Virus record (IMG/VR): IMGVR_UViG_3300026224_000016
Length of the DNA stretch: 9,689 nucleotides
Reading direction: 5' to 3' (one strand)
Source of the DNA: a virus
Taxonomy: Duplodnaviria; Heunggongvirae; Uroviricota; Caudoviricetes
Below the pieces are notes generated by a model. That model was given only the letters and a program-made list of their open reading frames with translations. It was not told the DNA's origin and did not search any database. Each line of letters opens with the position of its first letter. The first letter of the stretch is position 1. The translations under genes and the position numbers were made by a program. Shown in pieces: positions 1 to 7,085 of the stretch.

Positions 1-191
1 GCTGGAAAGGCTGGGCCATATTCCTCCGGCAGAAGCAGAAAAAGCTTATTATGCTTCCATCGGAAATACTGATCTGGCAGCCTGAGTTCACAGATAAAAC
101 ACTCTCCAGGAAACCCGGGGCGGTTCAGTTGTTCCGCCTGTCGCAACATTTCCTGTGCCTGTTTACGTAATTGTTCAGGGGTAAAAGTCAT
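1..191 (-). CDS. hypothetical protein, 5' portion only (gene runs off left edge of window)
   Basis: ATG at 191-189 on the minus strand, 11 nt downstream of the helicase stop; my own translation is open to position 1 (MTFTPEQLRKQAQEMLRQAEQLNRPGFPGECFICELRLPDQYFRWKHNKLFLLLPEEYGPAFP...). No clear Shine-Dalgarno and no family recognised. Not in the ORF track because it is truncated by the window edge. Confidence 0.35.
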   Translation of the reverse strand, partial: MTFTPEQLRKQAQEMLRQAEQLNRPGFPGECFICELRLPDQYFRWKHNKLFLLLPEEYGPAFP

Positions 192-202
192 TGTCTGGTT
201 GT

Positions 203-1594
203 TCAAAAGAAACGCTCCATCTTACTGCTGTCAGTTCGTTTGTTGCTGTATCTGCGCGGCTGAGGCTGCTGCATTGGGGTGGAAAGAATCTGTGCGCTTT
301 CCTGATCCACAGGCAGAAAATGTCCGTTATAAAAACGCCGATAAATCGTCCCCAGAGAACCGTTACGTTGTTTCGTGATATTGATTTCTGCGATGCCCCT
401 GGCCTGCGTATCCGGGTTGTACACTTCATCCCTGTAAAGCATCAGAATGATGTCTGCATCCGCCTCTATTTCTCCGGAATTTTTCAGGTCTGAGTTCATG
501 GGGCGTTTATTGGGCCTGGACTCCACACCGCGGGAGAGCTGACTCAGCGCAATCAACGGAAAACCACCGGATTTTGCCAGGCCTTTAAGCCCCTTTGAGA
601 TTTCACCAACGGCAAGGTCATGACGCCCTGTGGTTCGGGTTTTTATCAGCCCGAGATAATCAACCACCACCAGCGCCGTTTCCGGATGTTTAATCAGGTG
701 ATGTTTCGTTGTTGCGCATATCTCATCAATGGTCAGGTTCGCCTGGTCCACCATCCAGATATTGCGCCCGGTCATCCGCCCCACTCCTTGTGAGAAACGT
801 GCCCAGTCTTCGTCTTCAAAGTGAGTGACAGATTTCAGGCGTGATACCGGCATTCCTCCAGCCGCAGATACCATGCGTTCACCAATCTGGATGTTCGCCA
901 TTTCCATTGTGAACAGAAGAACACCATGCCCCTGCTCAGTCACCTTGTCGATGATATCCAGCGCCAGTTCGGTTTTGCCCATCGAAGGACGTGCAGCAAT
1001 AAATACCAGGTCGCCAGGCTCCATGCCGCCCGTTTTTGCGTCCAGTTCATCAATACCGGTCATCAACGTCCTGGATTTCTCCAGCCCCTGATTCCGGCAT
1101 TCAACACGCTCAACCACTTCCGGAAGCACATCATCAATATGTACCGGCTGAATAACGCCCTTTTCCGTCGACAATGAGGCCATCATGTTCTGCGCATCCT
1201 TCAGAGCATCTTCAGCTGCTTCACAGGTATGCGCATCACGTAATTTCTGCAGCGCCTCATTCAGTGTTTTTTCTGCATCACGCAATGCGGCATTACGCCG
1301 CAACGCCGTAACATAGTGCTCCAGTGACGACTTCACCCAGGTTTTGCGCCCGGTATCAGTAATCACCGGGGCAAGTTCCGGCATCTCATTACACAACAGC
1401 ACAGGGTCAATCACGCCGGACACACGGGCCTGTCTGCAGATGCCTGTGTAGATATCCCGGTACGGTCGTACAGAAAAAACGTCCGCCGGTAGTGTGGCCA
1501 GAATATCCATCACTTCAGGATCTGCCCCTCGCAGAAAAAACGCGCCAATGACAGCGCCTTCCAGGTCATCGTTACGCCAGACAGGAGAAGTCAT
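203..1594 (-). CDS. DnaB-like replicative DNA helicase (463 aa)
   Basis: Walker A FIAARPSMGKTELALD and Walker B ALVVVDYLGLIK match the DnaB family RecA-like core. Start moved from the track's 1633 to the ATG at 1594, which has an SD (GGAGGTG, 7 nt spacer) and overlaps the upstream stop as ATGA at 1591-1594. Confidence 0.9.
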   Translation of the reverse strand: MTSPVWRNDDLEGAVIGAFFLRGADPEVMDILATLPADVFSVRPYRDIYTGICRQARVSGVIDPVLLCNEMPELAPVITDTGRKTWVKSSLEHYVTALRRNAALRDAEKTLNEALQKLRDAHTCEAAEDALKDAQNMMASLSTEKGVIQPVHIDDVLPEVVERVECRNQGLEKSRTLMTGIDELDAKTGGMEPGDLVFIAARPSMGKTELALDIIDKVTEQGHGVLLFTMEMANIQIGERMVSAAGGMPVSRLKSVTHFEDEDWARFSQGVGRMTGRNIWMVDQANLTIDEICATTKHHLIKHPETALVVVDYLGLIKTRTTGRHDLAVGEISKGLKGLAKSGGFPLIALSQLSRGVESRPNKRPMNSDLKNSGEIEADADIILMLYRDEVYNPDTQARGIAEINITKQRNGSLGTIYRRFYNGHFLPVDQESAQILSTPMQQPQPRRYSNKRTDSSKMERFF

Positions 1595-2481
1595 GCTGCC
1601 ACACCTCCGATATGTGCACGGTAACTTTCCCAACCAAACACCAGGCAGTTACGCCCACCATCAGTAACGCGATCCACAATCCGTTCACCAATGGACTCCT
1701 TAAGTTGGTCAAATGTCAGATTACTAATCAAAATTGTCGGTAAAACGCTTTCGTAACGTGCATTGATGATTTCCTGCAGGATGGTTATCTCTGTTGGCGT
1801 ACCGAACTGCACACCAACCTCATCGATGATGAGCAGGTCCAGCGATACAAAATGGTCAATAACTTCATCTTCAGTGCGTTCAGAATTGTGACGCCAGGTA
1901 TTTTTCACAGCGCGGGTCAGTCGCATGACATCCGTAATTTCGACAGTCGCCAGGTGGTGGCGAATAATATTTTTTGCCATTGATACAGCCAGGTGATTTT
2001 TCCCGGTACCGCAATTGCCAATCATGATCATGCTGGTACCCGCAGCAAGACACTTCTCCCATGAACTGGCATAGCGCCGACAAGCCTCAAGATTTCTCTG
2101 TGCGTCAGCATTCACAGCCTGGTAGTTCTCAAACTCGCAGTCCTGGAAGCGGCGGGCAATACCAGCTCTGTCAAGTAATTCATGAACTTTCAGGATGCGT
2201 AACGCCTCCTGTACCTGATCCAGTTCATTCGCAATGCAGGTCGGGCAACCAGACACCCGTTTGATGGTTTCCCCACGAACATCTGGCCCTTTCAACACCA
2301 GACGTGTGTATTTCCCGTGTTTCTCACACTCAGCAGTTTCCTCGCTTGTCAGCCAGTGTTCACAGCGCCACGGACGCTTCCCGGCACGGGCAAACTGCAT
2401 CTCCTCCTCCAGTTCCGCCCTGCGGTTGAGCAATTGCGCTTTATCGTGTTGTGCGTAGTGTTTTTTTAACTGTTCAAACAT
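1591..2481 (-). CDS. DnaC/IstB-like AAA+ helicase loader ATPase (296 aa) with N-terminal Cys-rich segment
   Basis: Walker A GNCGTGKNHLA (DnaC-type GTGKNHLA signature) and Walker B LLIIDEVG. N-terminal CEHW...CEKHG...CPTC cluster suggests a zinc-binding module. SD GAGGTG upstream of ATG 2481; stop overlaps helicase start. Confidence 0.85.
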   Translation of the reverse strand: MFEQLKKHYAQHDKAQLLNRRAELEEEMQFARAGKRPWRCEHWLTSEETAECEKHGKYTRLVLKGPDVRGETIKRVSGCPTCIANELDQVQEALRILKVHELLDRAGIARRFQDCEFENYQAVNADAQRNLEACRRYASSWEKCLAAGTSMIMIGNCGTGKNHLAVSMAKNIIRHHLATVEITDVMRLTRAVKNTWRHNSERTEDEVIDHFVSLDLLIIDEVGVQFGTPTEITILQEIINARYESVLPTILISNLTFDQLKESIGERIVDRVTDGGRNCLVFGWESYRAHIGGVAA

Positions 2482-2500
2482 TGTTCATCACCTCGAAAAA

Positions 2501-3478
2501 TCACCAGTTGAAGTTCGTTGAACCGTAGTCCTGCTCACTGAATCCCGAGATCGGGAGGCCGGTAGTTCGCCCACCTCCGGGAGCGGCTGGCTGTTGCCAG
2601 GATTCCTCGAAATGGCGATCGGGTCCAAAGAACGTCGCGGCCTGCTTCACGAACTGTGTGCCTGTATTTCCTGTAGCACGTACCCAGGCGGCATACCGCT
2701 TCACACCATCAAGCATGGTCTCCGGTTTTATTCCCTCCCTGATACGGGCTTTCCAGGCTTTGAAGGCTGCTGACTTGGAATTGCCACCAGCACGTTTGGG
2801 ATATTCCTGCCAGGCCTGTTCAAATTCCGGTGAATATTCCTGTCGGGCAGAACGCGCTGGTGCAGACGCGTCAGCGGATGCGCCAATAGTGTTTTTAGTC
2901 TCCGTTGTAATCTCTGTAGTAATCTCTGTATTTGTATCAACATTCGGCGTATCCCCTGTTCCGTTATGACGTTGGGGGGTGTTCCGTTTTAACGTAATAG
3001 CTGTATCGCTGATTGCGTTATTGCTGTTACTTTCTGGCGAAACAGAAGAAGGAGTAGTAATGGCAGCAATTGCCTGTGGGTTGATCCCGACAAACAAAAT
3101 ATTGCTGCATTTCACACCATCGAGCATTTCCACCGTGCGTAAATCCAGGGAAATAAACCCGGCATCACGAAGGCGCTTCAACGCATCCGCGGTTTCCCTT
3201 TTCCCGAAACCAAACTGCTCAGCAAACGCCTGATAACTTCTTTGCAGCTTGTCCCCCTGAAAACGCTTGCGATATCCCAGCAAAGCCCCGGTATGCTCAT
3301 CCCTGACTTCTGTCGGGCGGTACCAGTAAACGATCTCTGAGAGCAGGGCGATAGCGGTCGCATCCGGACGACCACTGGGTAGCCGAATATGTTTCCACCA
3401 GTTCGCTGGTGTGACATTGCCGGAAATATTAATTTGACCAATAGCTATAACTTCCGGTGTGGGGGCGTAACGACTCAT
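2501..3478 (-). CDS. phage replication initiation protein (O-like replisome organiser, 325 aa)
   Basis: Sits immediately upstream of the loader and helicase genes. Two-domain layout with a low-complexity linker (NTEITTEITTETK) encoded by tandem DNA repeats, as in lambda O where ori lies in the linker-coding region. Start ATG 3478 overlaps the upstream stop (ATGA). Family call is from architecture, not a search. Confidence 0.7.
   Translation of the reverse strand: MSRYAPTPEVIAIGQINISGNVTPANWWKHIRLPSGRPDATAIALLSEIVYWYRPTEVRDEHTGALLGYRKRFQGDKLQRSYQAFAEQFGFGKRETADALKRLRDAGFISLDLRTVEMLDGVKCSNILFVGINPQAIAAITTPSSVSPESNSNNAISDTAITLKRNTPQRHNGTGDTPNVDTNTEITTEITTETKNTIGASADASAPARSARQEYSPEFEQAWQEYPKRAGGNSKSAAFKAWKARIREGIKPETMLDGVKRYAAWVRATGNTGTQFVKQAATFFGPDRHFEESWQQPAAPGGGRTTGLPISGFSEQDYGSTNFNW
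2907..2930. repeat. perfect 12-bp tandem direct repeat GTAATCTCTGTA x2 inside the initiator gene; candidate origin iterons
   Basis: Read directly: 2907-2918 and 2919-2930 are identical, followed by a partial third unit (TTTGTATC). A second imperfect repeat pair GTTCCGTTATGACGTT (2958-2973) and GTTCCGTTTTAACGTA (2981-2996) lies just downstream, 13/16 identical. Confidence 0.6.
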
Positions 3479-3774
3479 ACAGCCTCCTTACGCGGCATAA
3501 CAATGGTGTAACCCCGGGCAGGCTGGAGCCGGGCTTTTGCATCAATAGTGAGCGTTGCAATTTTTCGGATACGCAGATACCCTGCCCTTTCCAGGGTCAG
3601 GGTTTCTCTGAACATTGCCTGTTTTGAACAGCAACAAAAATCGGCAAGGACCTGGTGATCAATAACCCTCTCACCTTCACCGTCTGAAGAACCCGACATC
3701 AAAACACGCAACATAATCAGGCGCTGAATCGGATTATCGAAAACACTTCCGCATACAAACTGAAAACAGTTCAC
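3475..3774 (-). CDS. hypothetical protein (99 aa), possible small DNA-binding regulator
   Basis: GTG start at 3774 preceded by SD GGGAGG with a 6-nt spacer. Start overlaps the upstream stop (GTGA) and its stop overlaps the initiator start (ATGA at 3475-3478). A possible helix-turn-helix segment (QVLADF...ERAGYLRIRK) is by eye only. Confidence 0.55.
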   Translation of the reverse strand: MNCFQFVCGSVFDNPIQRLIMLRVLMSGSSDGEGERVIDHQVLADFCCCSKQAMFRETLTLERAGYLRIRKIATLTIDAKARLQPARGYTIVMPRKEAV

Positions 3775-3995
3775 ACGGCACCTCCCAGGCGTTTAAACAT
3801 TTTTCCGGACTGAAACGCCACCAGTGGGTAACTGATGGTGTAGTTACGCCCCAGTAATTCACACACGACTTTCTGGCTTTCGGTACTGACCAGGCAAACC
3901 CGCAGAACATGGCCGTTGCTGGTGGCAAACCACTGCCCCACACGGGGGCAACGGTTGTATCGGTGATACAGGGAATTAACGACGCGGCGAATCAT
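3771..3995 (-). CDS. hypothetical protein (74 aa)
   Basis: ATG at 3995 overlaps the stop of the upstream 220-aa gene (ATGA at 3992-3995), with a GGGAAG SD-like element 7 nt upstream. The track's longer start at 4010 has no SD. No family recognised. Confidence 0.5.
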   Translation of the reverse strand: MIRRVVNSLYHRYNRCPRVGQWFATSNGHVLRVCLVSTESQKVVCELLGRNYTISYPLVAFQSGKMFKRLGGAV

Positions 3996-4654
3996 GGGCG
4001 CACTTCCCATTGATTACGGCGGAAAGCAGTGTGATTCAGGCTGGTTTCAGCCTCATGGAATGCTTCAATGCAGCTCTCGTAGTACCGCATTGTGCGCAGA
4101 CTTAACCCAAGCTGAAGCATCATCAGACCATCAAGGGTGATGTAATAACCACGCAGGGAATCGCCATACACGTGGTAAGTACCCGGAATGAAATTACGGG
4201 AGAAGAATTCACGTGAGCAGTTCAGATACTCGATTTTGTCGACGATGTTCTGGTGCATGCGCTTAAAGTGGCAGGCAACATGCAGGGAGAAAATAACAGC
4301 TTTGCCGTTGACGACTTCGATTTTCAGGTATGGGGAAGTTGGGACTGTAGCCATGATGGCAGCCTCCGTATGCAATGGATAACTTCCACCACCGGAAACG
4401 CCAATTTCACTGGTGGTGAACTGAACGGGGTTGGCGTAACCGGCGCATACGGAAACCGGCGCATCTTTCGATGCCCCCGCCCAGCCCACCATAATCTGGA
4501 TGTGAGCAAATGCGGACGATAAAAAAGACGCTGGCGCGTCGTATATCGCCGTATGCAATTCCAGGACGCCAATCCCGGCACCCGCTTTATAAGGTGCCAG
4601 AACAGTGTAACGTCCCGAAATTGCAGAATCAATATTTAGGCTTGAAACATTCAT
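3992..4654 (-). CDS. hypothetical protein (220 aa)
   Basis: Long ORF with protein-like composition, co-oriented with and coupled into the replication operon. Weak or absent SD upstream of ATG 4654. No motif recognised. Confidence 0.6.
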   Translation of the reverse strand: MNVSSLNIDSAISGRYTVLAPYKAGAGIGVLELHTAIYDAPASFLSSAFAHIQIMVGWAGASKDAPVSVCAGYANPVQFTTSEIGVSGGGSYPLHTEAAIMATVPTSPYLKIEVVNGKAVIFSLHVACHFKRMHQNIVDKIEYLNCSREFFSRNFIPGTYHVYGDSLRGYYITLDGLMMLQLGLSLRTMRYYESCIEAFHEAETSLNHTAFRRNQWEVRP

Positions 4655-4732
4655 ATGCTTACTGGTATTTTTGTTGACGTTCTTGGATTCTTGGGCCTGC
4701 TTTATGCAGTTGCCTGTATCAACGTTGAGCGA

Positions 4733-4757
4733 GCCGGGTTACTACCCGGCTTTTTTT
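4733..4757 (+). terminator. rho-independent terminator-like hairpin, oriented for plus-strand transcripts
   Basis: GC-rich stem GCCGGGT (4733-4739) / ACCCGGC (4744-4750), loop TACT, followed by TTTTTTT (4751-4757). On the minus strand the hairpin is preceded by an A-tract and followed by non-U-rich sequence, so polarity favours the plus strand although it sits right at the Rha gene stop. Confidence 0.5.
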
Positions 4758-5464
4758 CACCGCTGCCAACCAATAACCTGAAATAACCCCATTTTCGGGT
4801 GATACCAGCGAGTCCCTCGCGGTTCTGCTTCCTCCATAACCCGATAAAAAGCAGCCATAAACGGTTCCACAGCAACAATTGCGCGACGTGACAACAATCC
4901 GTCCGGCGTCATGAACTCATGGGTGTCTGTAGGAATTTGATAGGCGTTCACCAGATTGCGGCATTTATCATCTGACAAACCGGTTTTTGCTTTCAGTTGG
5001 CGATATCCGGCATAGCCCTCACGAATGGTGCCCTTTTTGATTTGCTCAACTGTTTCGGCAACATGGCTGACTTTTTCTTCCACCTGAGTGATCCGTTTCT
5101 GCTGGCGAACAGCTTCAAGAGCCATCGCTGCAACCATTTCGATTTCGCTCATTGGCTTACGGATCTGTTCTTCCAGTTCGCGCCAGCGATCTACCAGGCG
5201 AGCAGTGAATTCAGGACAGAGCTGTGCGACGACAATGATGCTGTCGCGCTTACCTTGTTCTCCTTCAAACAGGTAATGCTCATATTGAACTTTAAAACCT
5301 AAGTTATTGATTCTTTCGGAAACCTCAATTTGAGGAGACCGGACAACGCCACCTTTGGCTAATGTTTCAATAGTGCGTTTCACATTGTCATGACGTTTAC
5401 CCACCAGCTCTGCGATTTCAACGCTGGTCATGGATACTTTGTCGTTAAAAATTGCAGCGTTCAT
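4757..5464 (-). CDS. rha: Rha-family phage regulatory protein / antirepressor-like (235 aa)
   Basis: N-terminal segment MTSVEIAELVGKRHDNVKRTIETL matches the characteristic Rha-family N-terminal motif. Start set to ATG 5464 (SD AAAGAGG about 7 nt upstream) rather than the track's 5488. Confidence 0.75.
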   Translation of the reverse strand: MNAAIFNDKVSMTSVEIAELVGKRHDNVKRTIETLAKGGVVRSPQIEVSERINNLGFKVQYEHYLFEGEQGKRDSIIVVAQLCPEFTARLVDRWRELEEQIRKPMSEIEMVAAMALEAVRQQKRITQVEEKVSHVAETVEQIKKGTIREGYAGYRQLKAKTGLSDDKCRNLVNAYQIPTDTHEFMTPDGLLSRRAIVAVEPFMAAFYRVMEEAEPRGTRWYHPKMGLFQVIGWQR

Positions 5465-5635
5465 TGTTGCCTCTTTACGAAAAACCATGATTAACCTCTA
5501 GCTTTCCCCGTCTTTTCCGCACTTCTTGTACGGTGATATTATTCAGTGCCGGATGCTTACCCGTGTCCGGCGCACGACCACACGTAGCCGCGTGTTGGTC
5601 TCCATTTTCAATTCAGCTCTCAATGGAGGATAAAA

Positions 5636-5881
5636 ATGTCAAATACCCAACATCTAAAAGCGGCGGATCCCGTTTTACGCCTCAATGCACTTGAAACGGT
5701 TGTTCGGGCGATGCTGTCGAGCATGACACCCGAGCAAATAAACAAAGCGCGATTGATTGCTACTCGTGGTGCCCAATTAGCAGCCCTAGATCCATTGCTC
5801 ACTCCTGCGAATCGCGAAGATGTAGAGCACATTCAGGGGATGGTTGATTATTTATTCGCCCATATTCCTGATCAGATTTGA
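5636..5881 (+). CDS. hypothetical protein (81 aa), opposite in orientation to the surrounding early operon
   Basis: Near-ideal SD GGAGGA (5625-5630) 5 nt before ATG 5636. Helix-rich, Ala/Leu-rich soluble-looking product. A hairpin GCCGCC/GGCGGC (5914-5936) followed by a T-rich stretch lies about 30 nt after the stop. No family recognised. Confidence 0.5.
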   Translation: MSNTQHLKAADPVLRLNALETVVRAMLSSMTPEQINKARLIATRGAQLAALDPLLTPANREDVEHIQGMVDYLFAHIPDQI

Positions 5882-5962
5882 TTCTTTGAACCATAATTTC
5901 AGCGATACGAATGGCCGCCGCTTCGAGCCTGGCGGCTTCTTTATCTGCATAAGAGCTACCCA

Positions 5963-6208
5963 TCACTTCTCGTCCTCTGTGTGCGCTAAGCTTGGGTGTG
6001 GAAAAAGCTCTGGTAGGTCTGGACGAAATTCATACGCTTGGATCTTTCCGTCGACAGCTGCAACCAATAACGGCACAAATTCTGGTGAAATCTTGTTCTT
6101 GCAGTTCAACCAATCGCAGACTGTTGACTGGGCCTTTCCGCATCGCTTGGCTAAGGCTTGCTGACTTCCAAGAATCTCAATAGCTTTCTCTATGGCTTTA
6201 TGTTTCAT
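5963..6208 (-). CDS. cro: Cro-like HTH transcriptional regulator (81 aa)
   Basis: Small HTH protein (GSQQALAKRCGKAQSTVCDWLN) transcribed divergently from the cI-like repressor. Start set to ATG 6208 with SD AGGAGA 7 nt upstream; the track's start at 6259 would lie upstream of the predicted promoter. Confidence 0.75.
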   Translation of the reverse strand: MKHKAIEKAIEILGSQQALAKRCGKAQSTVCDWLNCKNKISPEFVPLLVAAVDGKIQAYEFRPDLPELFPHPSLAHTEDEK

Positions 6209-6230
6209 AATCGCATCTCCTATTGAACGC

Positions 6231-6259
6231 ATAATAACAACAGGAAAAGCGATATTCAA
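6231..6259 (-). promoter_or_regulatory. candidate PR-like sigma70 promoter driving cro and the early operon
   Basis: Read on the minus strand: -35 TTGAAT (plus coordinates 6259-6254), 17-nt spacer, -10 TATTAT (6236-6231), placing the transcript start about 15-25 nt upstream of the cro ATG. Confidence 0.5.
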
Positions 6260-6277
6260 CGTTAAACCTAGAACATT

Positions 6278-6293
6278 TATCGGAAAGCCGATA
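6278..6293. promoter_or_regulatory. 16-bp palindrome TATCGGAAAGCCGATA in the cro-cI intergenic region; candidate operator
   Basis: Inverted repeat TATCGG-N4-CCGATA read directly, lying between the divergent cro and cI starts, where lambdoid OR operators occur. Confidence 0.45.
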
Positions 6294-6327
6294 GACTAGC
6301 CAGGATAGAGAGGGGAGGAAAATCGCA

Positions 6328-7020
6328 ATGACATTTTCAGAACGACTTGATTTAGCTATGCGCAACGCAAAATTTACGCAAGGTAGGCTGGCCAAAGAAG
6401 TGGGTATGGCTCAGTCCAGTGTCAATCAACTACTTAACAAAGCCAACGGTTCCAGAAAAACAGTCGAAATAGCAAAAGTTTTGGGCGTTAACCCGGAATG
6501 GCTCGCATCGGGTGTTGGCCCAATGGAAATCGTGACCTCTGCAGACTCACACCAAATACGTAACATTTCTGAAGATTGGGTTACTGATTCGTATGTCGTG
6601 GATGTTTTAGACATCAGATATAGTTGCGGACCTGGTAGTTATAACTCTGATTTTCCTGACATTGTCAGATCTATAGCGATAGAACCAGGATACGCATCAA
6701 GAGTTTTTGGCGGCAGGCCAGCATCAGCAATCAAAGCAATAAACGCCCACGGCGACAGTATGAAAGGCACAATAGACCCTGAAGACTTGGTATTTGTAGA
6801 TGTATCAGTTCGCACATTTAATGGTGATGGTATATACGCCTTTACATACTCTGGAACATCGCACATCAAAAGACTTCAAAAAATCAAAGATACTCTAACG
6901 GTGATATCTGACAACCCAGCTTACAAGGATTGGGCTATCGAACCGGAAGACTTCGAACAACTTCACATTGACGGAAAAGTAATTGTCAGTTGGCCCATGA
7001 CACTACACCGTTTTGCATAA
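6328..7020 (+). CDS. cI: CI-like prophage repressor: N-terminal XRE-type HTH plus C-terminal LexA/S24 autopeptidase domain (230 aa)
   Basis: HTH FTQGRLAKEVGMAQSSVNQLLN. S24 catalytic signatures: Ser in AHGDSMKG and Lys in HIKRLQK. SD GGAGG 9 nt before ATG 6328. Divergent from cro. Confidence 0.9.
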   Translation: MTFSERLDLAMRNAKFTQGRLAKEVGMAQSSVNQLLNKANGSRKTVEIAKVLGVNPEWLASGVGPMEIVTSADSHQIRNISEDWVTDSYVVDVLDIRYSCGPGSYNSDFPDIVRSIAIEPGYASRVFGGRPASAIKAINAHGDSMKGTIDPEDLVFVDVSVRTFNGDGIYAFTYSGTSHIKRLQKIKDTLTVISDNPAYKDWAIEPEDFEQLHIDGKVIVSWPMTLHRFA

Positions 7021-7038
7021 GCAAAAATCATTTAACCC

Positions 7039-7064
7039 GCCCACTCTTAAGTGGGCTTTTTTTT
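7039..7064 (+). terminator. rho-independent terminator downstream of cI
   Basis: Stem GCCCACT (7039-7045) / AGTGGGC (7050-7056), loop CTTA, followed by eight T residues (7057-7064), 19 nt after the cI stop. Confidence 0.8.
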
Positions 7065-7085
7065 GGAAAAAAATCGATAAACCGA

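Noticed and set aside
825-1177. Plus-strand ORFs 825..1091 and 926..1177 from the track
   Set aside because: Both lie entirely within, and antisense to, the DnaB-like helicase gene, which has clear motifs. They have no SD and Ser/Arg/Pro-rich antisense-type composition.
1633-1633. Track start of the helicase ORF at 1633 (13 extra N-terminal codons)
   Set aside because: The ATG at 1594 has a strong SD and an ATGA overlap with the upstream stop; the 1633 start would overlap the loader gene by 42 nt with no SD.
1880-2458. ORFs 1880..2083 (-), 2061..2264 (+), 2234..2458 (+)
   Set aside because: Alternative-frame or antisense ORFs nested inside the DnaC-like loader gene.
2658-3441. ORFs 2658..2969 (+), 2728..2943 (-), 2979..3233 (+), 3178..3441 (-)
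   Set aside because: All nested within the initiator gene in other frames or antisense, with low-complexity products. The real gene is the 325-aa frame coupled to its neighbours.
3734-3943. Minus-strand ORF 3734..3943 (69 aa)
   Set aside because: Overlaps the 74-aa and 99-aa coupled genes in a different frame and lacks the coupling signals and SD the chosen frames have.
4188-4632. ORFs 4188..4382 (+), 4253..4522 (+), 4324..4632 (-)
   Set aside because: Nested within the 220-aa gene, antisense or out of frame, with no ribosome-binding sites.
4997-5302. Plus-strand ORFs 4997..5302 and 5088..5276
   Set aside because: Antisense to the Rha-family gene, which has a recognisable N-terminal motif and a good SD.
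5620-6183. ORFs 5620..5832 (-), 5844..6164 (+), 5992..6183 (+)
   Set aside because: Respectively antisense to the SD-supported 81-aa plus gene, and antisense or out of frame to cro. Ser/Arg-rich products typical of non-coding frames.
6198-6869. Minus-strand ORFs 6198..6395, 6426..6614, 6639..6869
   Set aside because: Antisense to the cI-like repressor or spanning the operator region; no SD.
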